From contig JAGVJJ010000044.1 in NCBI GenBank assembly GCA_020051175.1, positions 192,761-256,760 on the forward strand: a DNA stretch of 64,000 bases, given 5' to 3'. The position numbers and the translations under genes were made by a program. Shown here piece after piece: positions 54,161 through 62,900 of this stretch. The notes beneath the pieces are model-generated. The model worked only from the letters and a program-made list of their open reading frames with translations, was not told the DNA's origin and made no database searches. The DNA is from Bacteroidia bacterium (GTDB lineage: Bacteria > Bacteroidota > Bacteroidia > 2-12-FULL-35-15). How positions within the stretch are numbered: position 1 is the stretch's first letter; the number at the start of each line of letters is the position of its first letter.

Positions 54161-55162
54161 TTAGCTTTTTTTCTTTCCGCTTGATTTTACTTTTGCCGCA
54201 GGCAACTCTTCTTCCATACCAATGTGGATAAGAGCATCGCCCTGGTTTACCACCGGCTGATTGTTAATACCAACAATGTATCCATCTGTAGGTGCAACAA
54301 GCTTTTCCTGGTGCTCTCCGTAAGGGTCACAAATCATTCCTATGATTTCTCCTTTTCTGATGTGTGCACCGTTGGTTTTGGAAGTGTGGAAAAGTCCCGA
54401 AGTACGTGCACGCACCCAGGTTGATTTTTCAAGAAATACCGTTGGGTTGTTTGGAATTTCAAGGTCAATCATTTTCAGGTGTTTCATCAGGCGCAGGCAT
54501 CCATTCATTCCTTCATTAATGGATAAGTAATCAAAGCGTGAGGATTCACCACCTTCAAAAACAAGTATGGACTTGCCCTTTTTTGCAGCTTCTTTGCGAA
54601 GTGTACTATCACGGAAAGGGGCATTGATAATGATTCCCGGTGAAAATTTTTTACCAAGTTCAAGGTTGACTTTGTTGTCGAAAACACAGCGCAGCTGCGG
54701 ATAGTTGTTGATTTTAGCACCACCAGTATGAAAGTCAATCCCAAAGTCTATTTGAGTAATGATTTCATTCATCAGGTCGTAAGCAATCCTGCTTCCGAGC
54801 GATCCATTTTTGTTTCCCGGAAAACAACGGTTCAGGTCACGTCCGTCAGGCAGTTCGCGTGAGCCGGAAACAAAAGAAATAATATTGATTACCGGAATAG
54901 CAATAATACTGCCGCAAAGCGGGGTGCGAACATCGTCACGGGTAATGAGCCTGCGTACAATTTCTATCCCGTTTATTTCATCACCATGCATGCCGGCAAG
55001 CAACAACAATGTAGGGCCAGGGATTGCAGAACGAAACACATAAACAGGGATTTCGATAACTGTTTTAGTAGGCAACTGGTATAAATTCAGGTTCAATGTG
55101 GCCGATGAACCCGGCTTAATGTCCGTTCCGTTAATATGTATAAGTTTGTGCTGGTAGCCCAT
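54161..55162 (-). CDS. Succinylglutamate desuccinylase/aspartoacylase (AstE/AspA) family zinc hydrolase
   Basis: GPTLLLLAGMHGDEINGIEIVRRL...DLNRCFPG...DFHTGG are zinc and catalytic segments of the family. Confidence 0.8.
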   Translation of the reverse strand: MGYQHKLIHINGTDIKPGSSATLNLNLYQLPTKTVIEIPVYVFRSAIPGPTLLLLAGMHGDEINGIEIVRRLITRDDVRTPLCGSIIAIPVINIISFVSGSRELPDGRDLNRCFPGNKNGSLGSRIAYDLMNEIITQIDFGIDFHTGGAKINNYPQLRCVFDNKVNLELGKKFSPGIIINAPFRDSTLRKEAAKKGKSILVFEGGESSRFDYLSINEGMNGCLRLMKHLKMIDLEIPNNPTVFLEKSTWVRARTSGLFHTSKTNGAHIRKGEIIGMICDPYGEHQEKLVAPTDGYIVGINNQPVVNQGDALIHIGMEEELPAAKVKSSGKKKS

Positions 55163-55176
55163 TGCGCATGTACCGT

Positions 55177-56070
55177 TTAAATCCCACTATCGTGATTGAA
55201 CTCGTTGCGCTCAATGTACTCAATGATTTTGCCTGCAATGTCAACTCCTGTAGCACCTTCAATACCTTCGAGCCCGGGAGAAGAGTTCACCTCCATAACA
55301 AGGGGGCCGCGTGAAGATTGAAGCATGTCAACACCTGCAATGGCAAGCCCCAGTTTTTTAGCAGATTTTATAGCAGTTTCACGCTCTTCTTTCGAAAGCT
55401 CGATCACCTGGGCGCTTCCACCGCGGTGCAGGTTGCTGCGGAATTCACCCGGCAGTCCTTGCCGCCTCATGGCACCTACAACTTTACCATCAACAATAAA
55501 CGCACGTATATCAGCACCACCGGCTTCTTTAATAAATTCCTGAACAAGAATGTTCGCTTTTAATGCAAGAAACGATTCGATTACAGATTTAGCTGATTTA
55601 TGTGTTTCCGCGAGAATAACCCCAATACCCTGTGTTCCCTCCAGTAACTTAATTACAACCGGTGCACCACCTACCTGTTCCAGGACATTGTCAATATTTT
55701 TTGGGGTAGAGGCAAATGCCGTTTTGGGCATACCTATTCCTGCTTTCGCCAGCAATTGAAGGCTTCGTAATTTATCACGTGAGCGCACCAGTGCCTGCGA
55801 CTCCACGCTCGAAAACACCTTCATCTGTTCGAACTGCCGGACTACCGCAGCACCATAAAATGTTACTGAAGTCCCGATACGCGGAATGATGGCATCAATA
55901 CCAGTTACTTCCTTACCGCCATAAAAAATATGTGGCCTGCCTTTTTCAATCACCAGAACGCATTTGAGGTGATCAAGCACAGATACTTCATGTCCCCTTT
56001 GTTCTGCAGCCTCAACCAGGCGCCTGGTGGAGTATAGCTTTTGATTGCGCGATAATACTGCTATTTTCAT
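55177..56070 (-). CDS. rimK: RimK-type ATP-grasp alpha-L-glutamate ligase
   Basis: [29 protein letters not shown]...[14 protein letters not shown]...[11 protein letters not shown]...AGVDML....[17 protein letters not shown]. Confidence 0.9.
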   Translation of the reverse strand: MKIAVLSRNQKLYSTRRLVEAAEQRGHEVSVLDHLKCVLVIEKGRPHIFYGGKEVTGIDAIIPRIGTSVTFYGAAVVRQFEQMKVFSSVESQALVRSRDKLRSLQLLAKAGIGMPKTAFASTPKNIDNVLEQVGGAPVVIKLLEGTQGIGVILAETHKSAKSVIESFLALKANILVQEFIKEAGGADIRAFIVDGKVVGAMRRQGLPGEFRSNLHRGGSAQVIELSKEERETAIKSAKKLGLAIAGVDMLQSSRGPLVMEVNSSPGLEGIEGATGVDIAGKIIEYIERNEFNHDSGI

Positions 56071-56209
56071 ATGTAAATAATTTATTTTTTAATTGCCATC
56101 CTTCGACAAGCTCAGGACTGGTTATGGAATACGCCAGTTTGAAAATTATTTTTCATTTATTGTTTGTGTTTCCGCAAACATGGCTATTTCATGGAATAAC
56201 GATATGGAT

Positions 56210-56659
56210 TTATATGTTTTGTTTTTTCTTTTTGTTTTTCCTTGTGCTTAAAATATCAAGCTGCGACACATCCACAACAAAGCGGTTTTTTAGCAGCTTT
56301 CTACCAATGAGTACCGGGTATCGCATTTTGCCCCTGTCAGTAAGCGAAATAATGGCTTTGATGCGTTTGCGCCCGATCTTTACAACTGTTTTAATGATGT
56401 AGCGTTTTTCAGTTTCACCAAATGAATTCTTAATGTCTTTTTGGGTATAAGAAGTAAATTTCTGTTCCTCTCCTTTGTATTCTGCGTGCGATAAACCCAG
56501 AGGAGTGAAATACAATACTCCGTTTGCCTCGTTTATTTTTTCGCAATGCAGCGCTGTTGTGTATGCACCGGTATCAATTTTTGCGGTGATGCCAAACAAA
56601 CCCAATTCAGGGAAGTCTACTTTTTCTCTTCGGCCAATGGTCAATTTTTCTTTTAGCAT
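56210..56659 (-). CDS. RimK-associated retropepsin-like protease ('ATP-dependent zinc protease' family, RimB-like)
   Basis: The start was trimmed to the ATG at 56659. Motifs are IGRREKVDFPELGL..ITAKIDTGAYTTALHC...RYPVLIGRKLL. Confidence 0.75.
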   Translation of the reverse strand: MLKEKLTIGRREKVDFPELGLFGITAKIDTGAYTTALHCEKINEANGVLYFTPLGLSHAEYKGEEQKFTSYTQKDIKNSFGETEKRYIIKTVVKIGRKRIKAIISLTDRGKMRYPVLIGRKLLKNRFVVDVSQLDILSTRKNKKKKQNI

Positions 56660-57032
56660 CCCACTCAAAAAATTTAATGCAAGATAAAAAAAATACGGCA
56701 AAAGTGGTGGAATAAAAAGCTGCCGTATGTCGTGGTCTATTTTAAAATTAAAATTTCGGTTGATTAATGTTGCTTTAATACCTACAAAGTCTAAAGGTTT
56801 AAATTGTGTTAATGTAAACTATTGGCAATTAGTGTGTTATGCTTTCGGCCTTATATAGGTAGTCGTTTCAATCATCCTTTTATGTGGAGGGAAAATAATA
56901 TTTGTAGTTTAAATGGGTTGGAAAAATTGGGTATGATAAATTTTATTTATTATTGTTTTTACATTTAGAGGGCAAAAGCAATTAAAGTTAAAAGGCTTAA
57001 ACCTGGTAATTATTACAAACAATTTTTGATAG

Positions 57033-57710
57033 ATGAGAAATAAACCAATTAAAAAAAGAACTATAACGAATAACGCTGTTTTGTGCCTTTCTTGTCTTTT
57101 AATTCTTCTCTTAAGTTCTTGTGGTAGTTTTAGAAACGGAGGTCTGGAGAAACGGCATTATCGTCCGGGCTATTTTATTTCGACCAATTCGTCAAATTCA
57201 TTAAAAGCTGTACCTGCCGGAAACACAGTTCCTGGAAAAGAAAGAGAAGTTGTTTCTGTTAAAGATGCAGTATTAAATGAAAAGCAGAAAAAAGCACAGC
57301 CGGAAACGAAAAAGCAATTTTCAGCTTTTGTGAATAGCCGGTTAAATATGGTAAAAGCACGTGTTTCTAATACAGGTGAAAAGCTGGTTGGTGCTGTAAA
57401 GGATGTTGGAACATCTTCTGATCATATTGAGAAAGCAACTTTGAAGCCGGAAAAAATAAATTCCGGTAAAGAAACAAAAGTTCGTGCGGAAGGCAAAACC
57501 TATTCATTATCTACGGTAGCATTTGTTGTGGGGGCAATACTCATAATATGGGGACTTGCGGTTCTTTTTGCCAGCATACCAATGATGTCGACTGATATCG
57601 CCCTCGCCTTAACTATCCTTATTGGCCTTGCTTTGGTAATAATATGGGGACTGATAGTATTGATGATAAAAAGCTGGTTTAATGGGGACAATGAACCGGC
57701 AAAAATTTGA
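57033..57710 (+). CDS. Hypothetical membrane-anchored lipoprotein
   Basis: Lipobox LLLSSC, a Lys-rich middle region, and two C-terminal TM helices (VAFVVGAILIIWGLAVLFA, ALTILIGLALVIIWGLIVLMI). Confidence 0.45.
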   Translation: MRNKPIKKRTITNNAVLCLSCLLILLLSSCGSFRNGGLEKRHYRPGYFISTNSSNSLKAVPAGNTVPGKEREVVSVKDAVLNEKQKKAQPETKKQFSAFVNSRLNMVKARVSNTGEKLVGAVKDVGTSSDHIEKATLKPEKINSGKETKVRAEGKTYSLSTVAFVVGAILIIWGLAVLFASIPMMSTDIALALTILIGLALVIIWGLIVLMIKSWFNGDNEPAKI

Positions 57711-57931
57711 CAAAAGTTGGAAAGGAAATTTATTTTACAAACTGCCGAATTGCCATAAGTTATATGTTGTTTGTATTTTAACATTTTATTTTTACATTTT
57801 AAATATATTTTATTAATTTAGCCTTATCGGTGATTCTGTTTCGTTAGTCGTACATTTCTTTTAAAGTTGGATAAACAATTACCGCCATTTTTACCTGAAT
57901 TCCCTAGTATCCACTTTTAATATTGTTCGAC

Positions 57932-59939
57932 ATGAGCAAACAGCTACACCACTCTGCCAATGGTTCTACTTTATCTGTATGCAACCGCTACTTATTATTA
58001 ATAGCTACTGCTATTATTTTTGTACAGTTTAAAACAACTGCACAAAATATTAGTGTTAATAGTACTGGTGCATTGCCAGACCCTTCGGCTATGCTTGATG
58101 TTGTGAGTGCAAATAAAGGTTTGTTGATGCCGAGGGTAAGCTTGACTGGTGTCAATGATAATACTACTATTCCTAATCCAGCCACATCTCTAGTGGTATA
58201 TAATACAAATTCTGCTATGTCTGGTGGAGGAATAGGCTTCTGGTACTGGAACGGAACTCAATGGGCGCGCTTTAGCGGTGCGTTAGGGAGCAACAGGAAC
58301 TACTGGGTCAACAGGGCCTGCTGGAGCAGATGGCTCAAATGGTACAAATGGAATAAATGGTGCAACAGGAAATACCGGAGCCAAAGGTGATACTGGTGCA
58401 ATGGGGGCAACAGGAAATATCGGTGCTACGGGCGCTGCCGGGGCAAATGGAACAAACGGAGTAAATGGTGCAACTGGCTCCACAGGTGCAGATGGAACTA
58501 ATGGTATAAATGGAGCGACTGGCTCAACAGGAGCTAAAGGCGATGCTGGCGTTGTCGGTCCTACAGGGTCTATTGGGGCGACAGGTGCACAGGGAACGAA
58601 TGGAACAAACGGTGTAAATGGTGCTACAGGTTCAACTGGTGCAGATGGATTAGCTGGTGCAACAGGCAGTACAGGAGCAGCAGGAAACAATGGCGCAACA
58701 GGTGTAACAGGGCCAACAGGTAATAAAGGAACGACAGGAGCTACAGGAACGGACGGTGCCAAAAATGCCTGGGGCTTTTTAGGAAGTACAGGAACTGTAG
58801 ATGGAACTCATTTTATTGGTACTATTGATAATGTACCTTTAAACCTACGAGTAGCTAACCAGCGCGCTGCGCGCATAGACCAGAACTTGTCTAATGCTTA
58901 TTGGGGATACCTGACAGGCAATTTAACAGGAACCGGAACAGACAATACAGCTGTCGGTAGTTACGCGTTTAGCTCCAACACAACCGGAGGCGCAAACGTA
59001 GCCAATGGAAATTATGCCTTAAATGCAAATACCACGGGGGTACGTAACACCGCAGTTGGTTATTCATCTCTTGCAGCCAATACTCTGGGGGATGAAAATA
59101 CTGCACTTGGAATGTTTACATTAGCATCAAATACTAATGGGATACAAAATACAGCAACAGGCAATGAAGCGCTTTCTGGCAACACTTCAGGAAGTAACAA
59201 TACAGGTGTAGGTTATTACGCATTACACGATAATTCATCCGGCAATAATAATACTGCGATTGGTTATGGTGCTGGCTATACGATAACAGGAAGCAATAAT
59301 ACCTTTGTCGGATATTTTGCAACTCCTGCCGGAAGCAGCTCACTTACCAATGCAACTGCTATTGGTGCGGGCGCACAGGTTAGTGCAAGCAATTGTCTCG
59401 TACTTGGTAGTGGAGCTAATGTTGGTATTGGTATTTCAGCACCTACACATAAACTGGATGTTAACGGCAGTTTTAATGTAAATGGTGTTACTACATGTAC
59501 TTCCGGTGCATGGTCTAGTTCTGACCAGCAGTTTAAAACGAACATCAGCAATATTTCTGATGCCTTAGCTATTATCAATCAGCTGCAACCGCGTACATTT
59601 AATTTTGACATTGCAAATAATTATGGCTTAAATTTTCCATCAGAAAAGCAATATGGGTTAGTGGCGCAAGAGGTGATTTCAATATTACCTGAGCTTGTAG
59701 GAAGTACTACCAAAGGAGCCGTTTTTGATACCGCTGGTGTAATGATTACCCCTGCTGTAACTTATAAGACGCTTAATTACAATGCCTTTATAGCTATTCT
59801 TATGAAAGGTATTCAGGAACAACAGCAAACAATTAATACGCTTTCTACAAAAGCAGATAATCAGGAGGCGACAATAAATACTTTACAAAATCAGGTCAAT
59901 ACGCTAATACAGCAAGTGCAGGAGTTACAGAATCACTAA
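57932..59939 (+). pseudogene. Tail-fibre-like surface protein interrupted by a 1-nt frameshift. Domains: N-terminal domain, collagen-like stalk, YadA-head-like repeats, S74 intramolecular-chaperone domain, coiled coil.
   Basis: Frame 2 (57932-58288) encodes the signal plus PDPSAMLDVVSANKGLLMPRVSL...WYWNGTQWARFSGALG. Frame 0 (58290-59939) continues ATGTTGSTGPAG... . Removing one base near 58289 keeps G-X-Y periodicity across the junction (GAL-GAT-GTT-GST). The C-terminal motif is SSDQQFK...YGLVAQEV. Confidence 0.65.
58277..58763 (+). repeat. G-X-Y (collagen-like) coding tandem repeat, ~55 triplets, with a 51-aa higher-order unit
   Basis: Gly occurs at every third codon. GTNGVNGATGSTGADG recurs exactly 51 residues apart. 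Confidence 0.9.
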
Positions 59940-59986
59940 TAGTGTAAACTGTTTATTAAACTCAATAAATTTAAATTGATACTGCC

Positions 59987-62900
59987 ATGCTAAAACGATA
60001 CATACAACATATACGAAGCTTCACACTTCAGCCTTCCAGATGGAAAGTTGGAGTGATTGGGATGCTGCTTCTGCTTGCAGCTATTTCACAGGCACAAATA
60101 ACTACGGGCTACATTGTTAAAGGTGGACCAGATACAGGCTCATTTTCGGGTGGCGTTTTGATTGGAACTACCTCAAAAATAAACTATGCTCCAACAGAAC
60201 AACGTATTTTAATTGACGAAAAACCAGGCATACTTGAGGGTTCGTGGAAGGACGTAACAGGCGTTAACCAAAGTACTACGAGTCTTACAAAGACAGCTGC
60301 TGATGGTTGGGGAAATGCTGGTGCGGCCTCTGATAGTATATTAGACACATTACAAAACGGATGGATTCAGTACAAAGTAAATAATCTGTCTGACGTTCTA
60401 GCTTTTGGGCTTTCTGTGAGTAATATAGATGCGCATTACAACAGCATTGATTATGCTGTGATGATAAATGCCGGGCAGTTGTATGTTTATAATCAGGGGC
60501 AGTTAGTTGGTAATTATGGAGCGGTGGCTGTAAATGATTCAATTCGAATTGAAAGGGTTGGAAACATCTTATTTTTTACAAGAAATGGAATTTTGTTCTA
60601 TAACCGGGAAGTAGATATTAAACAACCTGTTATGGCTGATGTTGCTTTGTATTCACAGGGAATAGCTTTTGAAATGAAATCTTCGTTTGTAGATGTACCA
60701 CACGGCTGTCAAAGTGCACTGCATATTAGCTCTGCCCCATGTGTTCTCAATAATGTTTTACATAGCGGGGAGAAGTGGTTTAGCTTTACGGCAAATCGTA
60801 CTACACAAACAATTGAATTACATTCGACTACGTCTGGACACGTTCATACTATGGGATTTTATTCTGGAACCTGTAGTAATTTGAACGTTGTTGATTCTAT
60901 TAACGTGACAACGGCAAATAGTAATATTTTAAGACTCAATGAAGGTAATTTGATTGTTGGCAATACCTATTACATAAAGGCATCAAAAGCTAGTACATGC
61001 AATTTATGTTCAAATAGTAATACTGAATTTGATCTTTGCTTGCGCCCAGCACCTCCAGAGATTATTAGCGAATGTGGCACAAATACAGATAACATACCTT
61101 CAACTGATCCCTCTAGAGGTGTGGATTGTTCTAATTCAGGAACTGATTGGACTACAAAATATCGTACTCCCTCACACTGGATACCAGATAATAATACCCC
61201 GGTAAAAACTATTCTCGTTAACATTATTGCTTGTCGGGATAATTTAGGGAATAATGGTTGGCAGGATACTCCGGAATTTAGGGCAGACCTTGATTTGTTA
61301 TTCCAAAATATTAATAACAGGTATTCGAATGTTCAGTCCAAAGGGTATGCCCTTACTTGTGAGCCCTCGGTTGATTATATTACTGATACCAGAATACGAT
61401 TTGAATTAAATGAACTAATATTTCTTGACATTAGTGCATTTAACATATTGTGCGCCTATGGTAGTGGAGGGGTTATTGATTCTTATGTTAGAGCAAACTA
61501 TCCAAACTCCAGAAAGGCGATGAATCACATTTTTACTTCCCCATCCTCATATTGTGGACATTTAGGGTATTATGAAATAAATGTAGGAAATGGTTATGTT
61601 CATACAAAAGGTATGTGGGAAGATTTTTATATGAACCATCCAGATTATATTGGTCACATTTGCCATGAATATGGTCATGCATTAGGACTTCACCATACAT
61701 ACGATGGCGAAAGAACTCAAATTTCAAATTTCGATTTTTTGGATGATGTTTTTGGAACATGTCCTGAACCTTCTATGTCAGACCCCGGACATCCATGTTT
61801 TGCCGATTGCGGCCCTCCTAATTATGGGCTTTGTGCATCTACACCTGCACCAGGCAATATAACTTATTTGCCTAAGTGCTTTTTTTCTGGCATTTCTGGC
61901 GCCCCATTGATGTGTGGCGGAGGCCAGGGAGACAATACAACAATAACTTATATAAGCCCGAAATCTGCTGGCAGAATGCACCGTGCTTTATCACTAATCG
62001 GCAACAGTTTTGTTATAAGTAATCAACCTATGCACCAATATGTAAAAGAAAAGTATTCTTATCCTGTACCATTAGAAATTACCACAAATGAAATTTGGGA
62101 TTTTAAAATTCAATTATACCAAGATATTATAGTTAAAAACGGAGCAAAATTGACAATCAATTGTGAGGTCAGAATGCCAATAAATGGTAAAATAATAGTT
62201 GAGCGAGGAGCACAACTTATTATTGATGGCGGAGTTATAACCACCGCTTGGGATAATAGTTTGTGGAAGGGTATTCAAGTACACGGCTACTATTTTGCAA
62301 GTCAACAAATCCCAGGGGATCAAGGAAAAGTAATTTTAAAAAATGGGGCATTAATAGAAAATGCGTATGAAGGTATTATTACAATTAAAAAAGACAACAA
62401 TGGTAATGTGGATTGGAATTATACCGGAGGTATTATACAAGCACAAAATACCACATTTAGGAATTGTCGAAAAGCTGTTGCGTTTTTATCTTATCGTAAT
62501 TTCCATCCAATAACAGGCGCAACATTAAACAATCTCAGTTATTTTAGGAACTGCGTATTTGAAACTACTCAGCAACTAAACGATCCCAATGCCAATATAG
62601 ACGATCATGTTTCTTTGTATGATGTGCAAGGTATACGGTTCCTTGGTTGTGATTTTAGTAACACTGCACCCGCAGGCGCCAATCACGGTATTATACAAAA
62701 CGGTATTAAAAGTATTGATGCGTCTTATATTGTATCAAGTCTGTGTCTTAGCACCACCCTGCCATGCAGCAGTTCCAAAAGCAGCACATTCAGCAATTTG
62801 AATTACGGTATATATGCTACTAATTCAAACCCCTTACTTAAAGTAACAGTGAGTAATTCTAAATTTACAGGCAATCGTTATGACGGAATTCATTTAAAAG

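Noticed and set aside
56108-56130. CCTTCGACAAGCTCAGGACTGG between rimK and the RimB-like gene. It resembles the CTTCGACAAGCTCAGG-type short dispersed repeat that I recall giving spurious 'LRQAQD'/'FDKLR' peptides in some genomes.
   Set aside because: There is only one copy in this window and no inverted partner nearby. I cannot show from this sequence that it is a repeat family member.
58283-58762. Minus-strand 159-aa ORF (PVAP-rich) inside the second collagen array
   Set aside because: It is the same antisense artefact of the G-X-Y repeat.
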